A stretch of 64,000 nucleotides of DNA from Armatimonadota bacterium (GTDB lineage: Bacteria > Armatimonadota > SYMT01). A program made the position numbers and the translations under genes. The notes beneath the pieces are model-generated. The model was given only the letters and a program-made list of their open reading frames with translations, did not search any database and had not been told where the DNA came from. Positions 28,422 to 37,421 of the stretch are shown here, in pieces (within the stretch, counting starts at the first letter, position 1; each line of letters opens with the position of its first letter). The DNA lies in contig JAWLHY010000002.1 of assembly GCA_041690135.1 (NCBI GenBank), forward strand, positions 64,001-128,000. Direction: 5' to 3'.

Positions 28422-28931
28422 TTACTTCCCGTACAGCTTCACGTACTTCGCCGGGTTCTTCTCGAAAGTCGCCTTCGTTTGTGCCGTGGCGAAGAGGTAG
28501 TGCTGCCCCTTGTACTCCATGTGCGGGGACTCGCTGCCGGCCAGGAAAAGCTCGCCGGTCACCACGTCCGGCTGCTTCTTCAGGTGGTCGGGCGCCTTGA
28601 GGAAGCCGGACGTGCAGCCCTCGCAGCAAAGGTAGTACAGGTTGTTGTTCAGCACCACGCGGTTGGCGGCGCCGATCTTGGCGACCGGGTTCTCCAGGAT
28701 CGGGCAGTTCGCCACTTCCTTCAGGTACTTCTCCGGTTTCTGGCGGAAGGCGGTTACGCACTTCTCGCAGCAGAAGTAGGTACGCTTCCGGTTGATCTGG
28801 ATCATGGGCGCCTTGGAGATGTCGGTAACGGCCTTGCCGCTTACCGGGCAGGCCCGTTTGCTCTGGGCGCCGGCCGTGGTCGCGGCAAGACCGACGACCA
28901 GCAGGGCCACTCCGAAGAGGCAGGCTTTCAT
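28422..28931 (-). CDS. Secreted YHS/TRASH repeat protein
   Basis: CPVSG..YFCCEKC, CPIL..YLCCEGC, DVVTG..YKGQHYLF; signal peptide. Confidence 0.85.
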   Translation of the reverse strand: MKACLFGVALLVVGLAATTAGAQSKRACPVSGKAVTDISKAPMIQINRKRTYFCCEKCVTAFRQKPEKYLKEVANCPILENPVAKIGAANRVVLNNNLYYLCCEGCTSGFLKAPDHLKKQPDVVTGELFLAGSESPHMEYKGQHYLFATAQTKATFEKNPAKYVKLYGK

Positions 28932-29102
28932 GGCTCTTTACTCCTTGCCTTTTGACTTGAGGGGAAGGGCTCCCGAATCGGTCTCCGCGGCGGCCGGGGC
29001 GACAGCGGGGATTCCGAGCAGCAGTGCTCGCAGCGGGTGCCGGGGCTCGATGATAGTTTCCCATTTCGCCACTTCGGCCGGTATCCCTTCCTGGGGATGC
29101 CC

Positions 29103-29157
29103 CGATAAGGATTAGGACTACGATTAAGATTAGGACGGGGACTACGATTGGGATTGC
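29103..29157 (+). repeat. GGATTA/CGATTA hexamer array
   Basis: cgataaggattaggactacgattaagattaggacgggaactacgattgggattg. Confidence 0.8.
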
Positions 29158-29294
29158 GGTCACGGACAGGGTCGGAGCGGGCAAGGCTGCCTCCGGCCTC
29201 CTATAATGTTCAGACCGGAGGGGTTCGCGGTGATGGTGCGCCGGTATCCCTTTCGCACGCTTCCTTTTCGACACGGCTACGGTAATCGATCTTC

Positions 29295-29852
29295 ATGACC
29301 TCTCCCGGACTGGAGGAATTTGATCTCGGACCTTCTGCCCAGCCGGGGGTTCCGCCGCCCGGGCAGTGGCCGGCCTCCTCTCGCCGGGCTGCCGGCTGCG
29401 GCCTGGGATGCCTGGGGCTGGTGCTGCTGCAGGCCCTCCTGATCTGGGCGGCGATGTGGCTCCCCTTCATGGCGCCCGAAGGCGTGGACATCAGCCTGAA
29501 AGCACCGGAGCACGTGACCGTTGGCCAGACGTTTCCGCTCACGATCACCGTGCGGAACCGGGGAGACCAGCCGATCCAGGTGATGAACATCGTCGTGGAC
29601 CGGCAGACGACGGCGCAGTTGACCCTGTCCAATCCCCAGCCCGCGCCCCGGTCGGCGCAGGGGGCGGGAGAGGGGCAGATCTGGACCTACGCCCAGGAAG
29701 TCGCGCCCGGAAAGAGCTGGACGGTGCGCTTCGACGCCAGCGCGCGCGGGGCGGGCATGCTCAAGGGGATGATCATGGTGCAGGCGCCCCTGGTACCGAA
29801 ATCCGTGCCGTACAAGATCGAGGCCGTGATGCCCCCGCCAAAGAAGAAATAG
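29295..29852 (+). CDS. Membrane-anchored Ig-like hypothetical protein
   Basis: GCGLGC plus TM, then beta-rich domain (VGQTFPLTITVRNRG); TATAAT at 29202. Confidence 0.75.
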   Translation: MTSPGLEEFDLGPSAQPGVPPPGQWPASSRRAAGCGLGCLGLVLLQALLIWAAMWLPFMAPEGVDISLKAPEHVTVGQTFPLTITVRNRGDQPIQVMNIVVDRQTTAQLTLSNPQPAPRSAQGAGEGQIWTYAQEVAPGKSWTVRFDASARGAGMLKGMIMVQAPLVPKSVPYKIEAVMPPPKKK

Positions 29853-29884
29853 CCCCGCCCTCGCCTCGCTCGTTGGTTTCTCGT

Positions 29885-29975
29885 TCCTTCCCGGCTCCTT
29901 CCCGGCTCCTTCCCGGCTCCTTCCCGGCTCCTTCTTCGTTCCTTATCGTTATCCTTATCGCCCCTCTCCTTATCC
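29885..29975. repeat. (TCCTTCCCGGC)x4.5 tandem repeat followed by inverted TTATCC/TTATCG hexamer array
   Basis: 11-mers at 29885-29934; ccttatcgttatccttatcg...ccttatcc at 29941-29975. Confidence 0.9.
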
Positions 29976-30956
29976 ACCGGGTGTCCAGGCCAGCGCCCGC
30001 ACCTCGCCGAACTCCCTGGGCAGCTTGGACCAGCTATCCCCGCCGTCGAGACTGCGGTAGAGTTGGCCGGAGATGCTGGAAGCGTAGACCCGGTTCGGGT
30101 CCGCGGGATGGAAGGCGATATTCCACACGGTGCTGTTCGTGATCTGGGGAAGGCCCAGGCGTTCCCACGTCTCTCCCGCGTCCGGCGTGCGGTAGAGCGC
30201 CCCCTGGTTTCCCGGAGGACCGTTTCCCGCGCCGATCCACACTGTGTGCGGATCGTGCGGCGACACAACACAGGCGCGCGTGTACGGCCAGGGAAACTCG
30301 CGGCTTACGTGGAGGGGCGCCCAGGTTTCCCCGTCGTCCGCGCTCCGGTTCACGTCGTTGTTGGTGGTGGCGAGCAGGACGCGTTTGCCTGTCCCCCGAC
30401 GCTGTCGGACACTCGCCAGGCCGTGGATATCGGGACTGGAGAGCCCTTCGCCGAGCTCGTCCCAGGTCCGGCCACCGTCCCGGCTGCGGCGGAGACCACC
30501 AATCTCGATTCCGGCATAGATCGTGGAAGCGTCCGGATCGATCAGAACGCAGGTGACGCGGGGCGTGAGTGGCGCCCCATTGACACACCGGTCCGGCATC
30601 GGCGCGTTCAGTCGCTCCCAGGTCCGGCCGTCGTCCTCGCTGCGATAGATGGCGGCCGGGCAGGTCCCTGCCAGAAGATGGTCCGGATTCCGCGGGTCGC
30701 GAGCCAGCGACCAGATTTGGCGGTCCAGCGAGGAACCCAGGCGTTCCCAGCGGTCCGCGCCGTCTCGGGAGACGAACAGGCCCGTCTCGGTGCCGAGGTG
30801 CAGGCAGTTCGGGTCGTCCGGGTGCACCAGCAACGCGCGTACGTCGCCCTCCATCGGGGCGCCGGCGCTCGCACGGGCAAAGGTCAGGCCACCGTCGCGG
30901 CTGCGCCAGAGGCTCTGGCCCACGGTTCCGACATAGACGCGAGTGCTATCCGCCAT
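29970..30956 (-). CDS. BNR/Asp-box repeat (WD40/YVTN-like beta-propeller) protein
   Basis: Repeated RSRDGG.TW / SEDDGRTW / SLDGGDSW Asp-boxes. Confidence 0.9.
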   Translation of the reverse strand: MADSTRVYVGTVGQSLWRSRDGGLTFARASAGAPMEGDVRALLVHPDDPNCLHLGTETGLFVSRDGADRWERLGSSLDRQIWSLARDPRNPDHLLAGTCPAAIYRSEDDGRTWERLNAPMPDRCVNGAPLTPRVTCVLIDPDASTIYAGIEIGGLRRSRDGGRTWDELGEGLSSPDIHGLASVRQRRGTGKRVLLATTNNDVNRSADDGETWAPLHVSREFPWPYTRACVVSPHDPHTVWIGAGNGPPGNQGALYRTPDAGETWERLGLPQITNSTVWNIAFHPADPNRVYASSISGQLYRSLDGGDSWSKLPREFGEVRALAWTPGG

Positions 30957-31043
30957 CCTGCATTCCTTCCCGACGCCCTACCGGCCCTCTCCGTGGGTAC
31001 GCCGGCGCGTCGTCCTCTCTACCGTATACTGCACAGCGCTACT

Positions 31044-31150
31044 ACCCACCTCTCACCTCACACTCATCTCGTTCAAGGCAGGGCAACCAGAGCCGGTGCC
31101 CCTACAGGGCGCTCTCACCGTTCCCACCCCTCACCCCCCACCTCTCACCT
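31044..31150. repeat. CTCACCT-like heptamer arrays
   Basis: cccacctctcacctcacactcatctc ... cccacccctcacccccacctctcacctc. Confidence 0.6.
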
Positions 31151-31305
31151 CGCCATGCCTGCCAGGAGACTCACTCTGTGGTAAGCTCAATCACAGGCAC
31201 GCAGGAACGGTTTCCGGCGGGCTGGAACAGGGCACTGCAGGATCCCGGCGTGGGCGACCCTGGCGACAGGGTATAACCGCGCGTAGCCATTGCGGGAGAA
31301 AGCCA

Positions 31306-32013
31306 ATGCTGTTTACGAGGCGGGAAGCGAAGCCCCCTTCCTGGCAGAGGGAAGGGCGGGACGAACGGGAAGGGCCGCGTGTTCTGGCGCGGGGCGAGAA
31401 GTCGATTATCCGGGAGTGGGAGCGCGTTGATATCGACCGGTGGATCGCCTGGCCGCGCCACCGAGACCCCTTCTTCGAGAGCTACAACGCCCCGTTGATG
31501 TCGGTTCGGCAGCGCGACGATTACTATCGCCAGCGGCTCAACTCCGTGGACACCCGGCAGTACAGCGTTGATGACCTGTTCGGAGAGCTCGTCGGAAGAA
31601 TCTCGCTCCGGGAGATCGATCTCCGCATGGGAGCCTCGGTCCTGGGGATCTCTTTCCACCCGGAACGGTTGAACCAGGGTCTGGGAAGTGACGCACTTCG
31701 GGCCTTCCTGGGTTATTACTTTCAGGGTCTGCAAATGCAGGCGCTCTTCCTCGACGTGGCCGCCTTCAACCAGCGGGCGTATCGCGTCTACGAGAAGTGC
31801 GGGTTCCGGAAGTGTGGGCAGCGCTGGGGTGAGCCGCAGACGGACCTTCCCGGCGTCTTCCGCAAAAAGGAATACGAGGAGATTCGCCCGCTGTTCAAGT
31901 GGGAATATGGACTGATGCGGCCACTCCTCATCGACATGGTGATCCGGCGCGAAGACTGGGAGCGGTTGCGCGCCGAACGGGAGACCCGAGAAACCACCTC
32001 GCGGCTCCGCTAA
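31306..32013 (+). CDS. GNAT (RimJ/RimL-like) N-acetyltransferase
   Basis: NQGLGSDAL, FNQRAYRVYEKCGF. Confidence 0.88.
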   Translation: MLFTRREAKPPSWQREGRDEREGPRVLARGEKSIIREWERVDIDRWIAWPRHRDPFFESYNAPLMSVRQRDDYYRQRLNSVDTRQYSVDDLFGELVGRISLREIDLRMGASVLGISFHPERLNQGLGSDALRAFLGYYFQGLQMQALFLDVAAFNQRAYRVYEKCGFRKCGQRWGEPQTDLPGVFRKKEYEEIRPLFKWEYGLMRPLLIDMVIRREDWERLRAERETRETTSRLR

Positions 32014-32029
32014 GAAACACGAACGGTTC

Positions 32030-33601
32030 ATGGAATTCTACAGTGCGCTACTGGCCTGGGCAGCGGAGCCGGGGTTTTCGCCCCTTCAGGCCGTACGGAT
32101 CGCTCTGGCGCTGGTCGCCTTGCCATTCCTCTATCGCGCACTGCAGGAAAGGCCCGAGGAACCGTCTTCCGAGCCGACGAGTGCGGCTCGGCGGGTCCGC
32201 CCGCTCGTGTTCGCCGTATTGGGCGCCGGAGTGCTCTACCTGCTCACCGACCGCTGGTCGCCGGCCCCCACTCCCTCGGAGCCGGGCCGGGGTTTTCAGT
32301 CGTTCAGCAGCGGCGTGCTTTACTACCGCCTCGGGTTTTCGCAGATGGCGGATCTCGTTCCGCCGCCGGACGAGAAGCCTTCCCACCGGGCCGCCGGGGT
32401 GGAGCAGTTGCGCGCGGCGGTGAAGCAGCTTCCGAAGAGTGTCTACCTGCGGCGCTACCTCGGCATCGCCCTGGCGGAGCGCGGGCAGTACGAAGCGGCT
32501 CTGGCCGAGCTGGAAGAGGCCACGGAAGTGCTCTCAGAGCGGGCTCCGCAGCGCGCCCGCGATGAGTTGGCGATCTGGCAGGCGTTCTTTGGCCCGCAGA
32601 AGCCGTCGCGAGAAGCGATCGACGCCCATGCGGCCCGCCTCCGCGCCTTCAACCTGGGCTGGATTGGAAAAGTAGGGTTGCTGGCCGCCTACCAGCGAGT
32701 GGGGGCCAACGTGCCGGAACTCCGGAGCGAAGTACGGCAGGGCGCGGGAACCTACGTCCGGCGACTCTCCACGGCCGGGATGATAGTTCTGCTCCTGATC
32801 CCCCAACTGGCGCTCATTGCGGTGGTCGTCGGCGGCGTGTTGATCTCCGACCGCGTTTTGCAGCCGGCGCCCAAGGCGTATCACGCCACGGCGCCGATCC
32901 TCCTGGAGAGCTTCATCCTGATGCTGGCGCTCGGCATGGTGCCGGGCTGGATCGCCTTTCCGGGTGGGAGAGAAGGGAGACCCGCGCCGGAGACCCAGCC
33001 TACGGCGTTTGCCTGGCTGCTGATAGCCGCGGATCTTTTCCAGCTTCTGGCGCTCGGCTACCTGTGGCTGCGCCTGCGCCAGCGCGGCCTCGGTCTGGAG
33101 GAGATCGGCCTCTCGCGCCGGGGGCTGGGGGCCAACATCCTCATCGGGGTGGTGGCCGCCGCAGTGGTGATACCCGGGGCCTATTTTCTTGGTTTCTTCA
33201 CCCAGTGGGTGGGCGAGCGTTACTTCCCCAGCATCGCCCCACCCTACCACCCCCTGGGAATCCTGACCGCCACTTCCAGCAGTTGGGAGATTCGCGGCGC
33301 GCTCTTCGTGGGAGCCGTCATCGGCGCTCCTTTTCTGGAAGAGATCTTCTTCCGGGGGGCACTGTTCGGCGCTCTCCGGCGCCGCCGGAACTTCTGGACC
33401 GCGCTGCTGGCGAGTTCGGCCTTCTTCTCCATCCTGCACCCGCAGTTGCCGCTCGGGTTTGTGCCCATCGCCGCCCTGGGCGGGGCCTTCGCCGCCCTGT
33501 ACGAGTGGCGGCAGTCGCTGGTGCCGGGCATGGTGGCCCACGCCCTGAACAACAGCATCCCGTTCCTGATGCTGAACCTGATGTTCCCGGCCAGTGGCTG
33601 A
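32030..33601 (+). CDS. CPBP (CAAX-protease-like) intramembrane metalloprotease with TPR-like region
   Basis: LEEIFFRG, FSILH, AHALNN; YLGIALAERGQYEAAL TPR-like helix pair. Confidence 0.88.
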   Translation: MEFYSALLAWAAEPGFSPLQAVRIALALVALPFLYRALQERPEEPSSEPTSAARRVRPLVFAVLGAGVLYLLTDRWSPAPTPSEPGRGFQSFSSGVLYYRLGFSQMADLVPPPDEKPSHRAAGVEQLRAAVKQLPKSVYLRRYLGIALAERGQYEAALAELEEATEVLSERAPQRARDELAIWQAFFGPQKPSREAIDAHAARLRAFNLGWIGKVGLLAAYQRVGANVPELRSEVRQGAGTYVRRLSTAGMIVLLLIPQLALIAVVVGGVLISDRVLQPAPKAYHATAPILLESFILMLALGMVPGWIAFPGGREGRPAPETQPTAFAWLLIAADLFQLLALGYLWLRLRQRGLGLEEIGLSRRGLGANILIGVVAAAVVIPGAYFLGFFTQWVGERYFPSIAPPYHPLGILTATSSSWEIRGALFVGAVIGAPFLEEIFFRGALFGALRRRRNFWTALLASSAFFSILHPQLPLGFVPIAALGGAFAALYEWRQSLVPGMVAHALNNSIPFLMLNLMFPASG

Positions 33602-33824
33602 AGGAAGCCCCAATAGCATCCCTACGGCTTTGAGACAGTAGCCCTCGCGGGTATCAGGAAATAGATGACGGCCGGGTGTTGCTTGTTTGGAGGATGAGGA
33701 AGGACGGGCTTTACTCATCCCGACCCGGACTACCGGGCGCCATCGCCTGACGGCTTGTCGAGCCTCGCTATAATAATCGTGGTCACAGGCCGGGGCCGTC
33801 CGACCAATCCGGACCGGACAAAGG

Positions 33825-35030
33825 ATGATCCCGATGAACATAACGGCAACGCTGCCGCAAGGCGCATCAGATCGGTTCCGGTCCCAAGGTCCGCAGCCAG
33901 TGGGGGGCCCGCGCGTACTCATCCTTTCTGCAAAATTCGGGGGCGGCCACAAGACGGCCGCCGAGGCGATTCTCCACTGGTGGCAGCAAAACGTGGATGC
34001 CGGCGAGATCCGCGTGCTGGACTATTTCGAGGAGTTCGTTTCCCCCGTCACCACCCGCGCGGCCAGCATCGGCTACACCCAGAGTGTGCGCCTGCTGCCG
34101 GCGGCCTATCGCCTGTTCTACGAGGCGACCGCCGGTTTGAAGCCGGATTCCGCCGCCCAGCAGTGGCTGAATAGCCTGGGACGAGAAGAGTTTTACGAGT
34201 ACCTGACACGGCACCCGCAGGACCTCATCGTCGCCGTGCACCCGACGCCGGCCGGGGCACTTTCGGAGCTACGCCGCACGGGGCGTCTTCACTGCCCCAC
34301 CGCTACCGTGGTCACCGACTTTGTGGTCCACAGCCAGTGGATCCATCCGGGCACCGATCTTTATCTGGTCGGCAGCGAGTGCGTGGAGCAGGGCCTCATC
34401 GATCGGGGCGTGCCGCGGGAGAAGATCCGGGTCACCGGCATTCCGATCCGGGTGAATAAGGCGCTGCTGGATCAGCGGGAGGTGCTGCGGGAGAAGTGGG
34501 CGCTGCGACCGGACCTGCCGACCGTACTGGTGATGACGGGCGCGCAGGGCATGATGCGCCGGCCCCAGAAGCTGTTCCACACCGTCGCCTCTCGGCCGGT
34601 GCAGGGGTTCTTCATCTGCGGCAAAGACCGGGCGCTCTATACCCGGCTACGGCTGTGGGCCGACCGGTACCCGAATTTCCGGATCATGCCGTTCGTGCGC
34701 GTCATTCCCGAATTGATGTGCGTCTCCGACGTACTCGTGACGAAGGCCGGGGGCCTCACGACCTCCGAAGCGCTGGCCATGGAACTGCCGTTGATCATTT
34801 TCCATCCCATTCCCGGGCAGGAGTACGCCAACCGCGACTACCTGCTGCGTTCCGGTGCGGCACTCGTCGCCGATAACGTGCGGGATCTGGGCGGCGTTCT
34901 GGATGAAGTTTGCCGCCATCCTTCGCGACTGGCGGAGATGCGACAGGCCATCCAACACATCCGGCGGCCGGATGCCGCCGCGGATGCGGGACGGGAGATG
35001 CTGCGGCTGCTGGGCGAGGAGCCATCGTGA
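33825..35030 (+). CDS. MGDG synthase/UgtP-like GT28 diacylglycerol glycosyltransferase
   Basis: GGGHKTAA, HPTP, TVVTDF..HSQW, VTGIPI, TKAGGLTTSEA, PIPGQE..N. Confidence 0.92.
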   Translation: MIPMNITATLPQGASDRFRSQGPQPVGGPRVLILSAKFGGGHKTAAEAILHWWQQNVDAGEIRVLDYFEEFVSPVTTRAASIGYTQSVRLLPAAYRLFYEATAGLKPDSAAQQWLNSLGREEFYEYLTRHPQDLIVAVHPTPAGALSELRRTGRLHCPTATVVTDFVVHSQWIHPGTDLYLVGSECVEQGLIDRGVPREKIRVTGIPIRVNKALLDQREVLREKWALRPDLPTVLVMTGAQGMMRRPQKLFHTVASRPVQGFFICGKDRALYTRLRLWADRYPNFRIMPFVRVIPELMCVSDVLVTKAGGLTTSEALAMELPLIIFHPIPGQEYANRDYLLRSGAALVADNVRDLGGVLDEVCRHPSRLAEMRQAIQHIRRPDAAADAGREMLRLLGEEPS

Positions 35031-36310
35031 TCGAGAACGCCATCGACGTCCGCAAGTCGCTCCTGGTCCGGTTAAGCATCGTCCTCTTCTTCGCCGAATT
35101 GGCACACGGGATGTTGCTGTACGGCATCATCGTCGACCTGGTGCAGCACCGCTTCCCCGCCGAAGGATTCCTCCTGTTCGGGGTACTTCCCGTTAAGGAA
35201 GAAGTCGCCGCGCTCTGCCTGGCTGCCTATACCCTCGCGGAACTGGTCTTCAAGGTTCCGGCCGGGCATCAAGTGGACCGGACCGGGCCGGACGGCCCGC
35301 TGCGCGTGGGGCTGGTGCTTTCGTTCCTGACCGTCCCCATCATCCTGCTCTCACGGGATCCCCACTGGATGCTCCTGGGATCTTTCCTGCACGGGGTGGG
35401 GGCCGCTCCCATCTGGCCGGCGGTGATCTCCGCCTGGACCCGAGGCCGCAGCGCGCGGGAGCGGGGAGAGATCATGGGCCAGATTCTTACCGGCTGGATG
35501 GCGGGATTGGGCACCGGCGTGATCGCGGGTAAATTCCTGGTGGCGCTCTCCGGGCGCGCGGAGCTGGTGGTGAACTACACCCCCCTGGTCCTCTGGACCA
35601 CAACCTTCGGAGCCGCGGTGTGGGGAGGGCAGTCGCTCGGGATCGGGCCGGCGCACGGGAGCGTGGAAGCCGGTGCGGAACCGGAGACCGGCGGGTTTCC
35701 GCCGGAACTCAAAGTGATGGGCATCGGCCTGTTCCTGCAAAACCTGGCTTTCGGCTCGCTTATCATCCCGTTCAACCTGGTGGCGGAACAGCACCTGCAG
35801 TTGAATCCGCTGCAAGTCGGGTTGGCTCTCCTCCTGGGCGGCGGTCCGGCGGTACTCCTGTTGAGCCCGTTGGGGCGCCTGGCGGACCGGTTCGGGCGGC
35901 GGCGGGCCGTCATCGGCTCGATGTTCGTGGTGGCCCCGCTCATCGCCGTGACGCCCTTCCTGCGCTTTCTTCCGGTGGGGGCGTGGGGCCGCCTGGCGAT
36001 CATGATCCCGGGCCTGCTGCTGGCGGGAGCCGCGTACGCCTTCTTGCTTCCGGCCTGGCACGCTCTTGCCCTGGGCCGCATCCCGGAACAGCAGCGGGGC
36101 CGCTCGCTGGCGTTGCTGATGAGCGTCGAAATGGCGGCCCTCGCCGGAGGTCACGTGCTGGGCACGCCGATCTACACCCGCTGGAGTTTTGCCGCGCCGT
36201 TCGTCCTTGCCGGCATCGTCTTCGGTACCCTGGCGCTGATCTATGCGCTGGGCTTCGTCCTGCCGCCGGAAACACACGAAGAGCCGCACGTGGTGGACGT
36301 GGGGCCATAG
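35027..36310 (+). CDS. MFS transporter, LtaA-like
   Basis: About 12 TMs, GRLADRFGRR; TM1 LFFAELAHGM resembles LtaA (from memory); GTGA overlap with the glycosyltransferase. Confidence 0.85.
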   Translation: MIENAIDVRKSLLVRLSIVLFFAELAHGMLLYGIIVDLVQHRFPAEGFLLFGVLPVKEEVAALCLAAYTLAELVFKVPAGHQVDRTGPDGPLRVGLVLSFLTVPIILLSRDPHWMLLGSFLHGVGAAPIWPAVISAWTRGRSARERGEIMGQILTGWMAGLGTGVIAGKFLVALSGRAELVVNYTPLVLWTTTFGAAVWGGQSLGIGPAHGSVEAGAEPETGGFPPELKVMGIGLFLQNLAFGSLIIPFNLVAEQHLQLNPLQVGLALLLGGGPAVLLLSPLGRLADRFGRRRAVIGSMFVVAPLIAVTPFLRFLPVGAWGRLAIMIPGLLLAGAAYAFLLPAWHALALGRIPEQQRGRSLALLMSVEMAALAGGHVLGTPIYTRWSFAAPFVLAGIVFGTLALIYALGFVLPPETHEEPHVVDVGP

Positions 36311-36873
36311 CGACGGACCAGCGCCTCGCGGGAGATCCACACGTGGCGGACCACCGCCGCTTCCCCGGAGCCCGCGACCGCCCTCTCCCCGTGGGGATGG
36401 TCACGCCGGAGCAGGAGCTTCTGCCACCAGGTGAACCACCGCTCCACGGGGCGCTCCCGGACGGGGAACACCTCGAACCCGTAACGGCGGATGCCCCGGT
36501 GGAACAGCGTGCGGGCATGGAGCGCCTTCACCTCGGCGAAGCGGGGGTCGCGGACCAGTTCCCGCGCGAGGCGAGGCACCTCGCGGTCCGCCAGGAGCAG
36601 CAGGCCCAGCCCCAACCCTGTCGAGTCCGCCTGCGCCGACAGGGGGGCCAGCCCCTCGCGGCGGAAGTGCACCTCCATCACCGTGTCCCCCTCGCAGACG
36701 CGCGTACCGCACTTCAGCACGATCTCGGGGCCCCGGTAGGGGAACAGATTGAAGGCGAACAGCGAACCGGGCTCACCGCCGAGGATCTCCGTGCGGTAAA
36801 CCCGGGCAAAGTACGCCTCCAGAAGGCGCCAGTGCCACGGCAGCGGGCGAGGCAGGGCGGGGGTTGAGGGCAT
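36241..36873 (-). CDS. YkoP-like protein
   Basis: YRG..I.L..G..V..GD.VMEVHF, HRGIRRYGFE, HPHG, WISRE.L..RYG. Confidence 0.75.
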   Translation of the reverse strand: MPSTPALPRPLPWHWRLLEAYFARVYRTEILGGEPGSLFAFNLFPYRGPEIVLKCGTRVCEGDTVMEVHFRREGLAPLSAQADSTGLGLGLLLLADREVPRLARELVRDPRFAEVKALHARTLFHRGIRRYGFEVFPVRERPVERWFTWWQKLLLRRDHPHGERAVAGSGEAAVVRHVWISREALVRRYGPTSTTCGSSCVSGGRTKPSA

Positions 36874-37421
36874 ATCGGAAGAGGGAGACTCGGATCGGGT
36901 GGAGCGCCAACTCCCGAATCTGATGCTCTACTCCAGTATACTCTTCCGGACCGCGACGGTGGAAGGTGAGGAGCACCGGAGCGGACCACGGGATTTTGGT
37001 CCCTGCGTGAGCGGCGGGCAATTACAACAGGAGACCATACCCAAGGTCGCGAAGGCCCGCCTCGCAGCGGGACTCCGGGCAGGACCCTGGAGGTTCTACG
37101 GTTCATTCAAGGTCCATTCTAATCCCCGTAAGGGTCCCTGGCACCAACTGGAAACTCCGACTTCAGGTTGCGCCTTTGGACCCGATGCATGCTCGGAACT
37201 TTGGTACCCTGTCGCGGTCCCTGACGGAGTCCGGCTGTGAGGCCGGCCTTCGCGAGTCAAGACTCCCGGATCCCGAATTCGGAAGTGGTTCGCCGCCAAC
37301 GCACGCGAGTGGGGTCGCTTGCAAGCGGGATAGGAGCTGGTAATCAGGTTCTGTAGGTCCACACTCCAGAGGCACCGATAGGCGGCCTCCGGCTGTTGCC
37401 GCAACGAAACACGGCAAGCTC

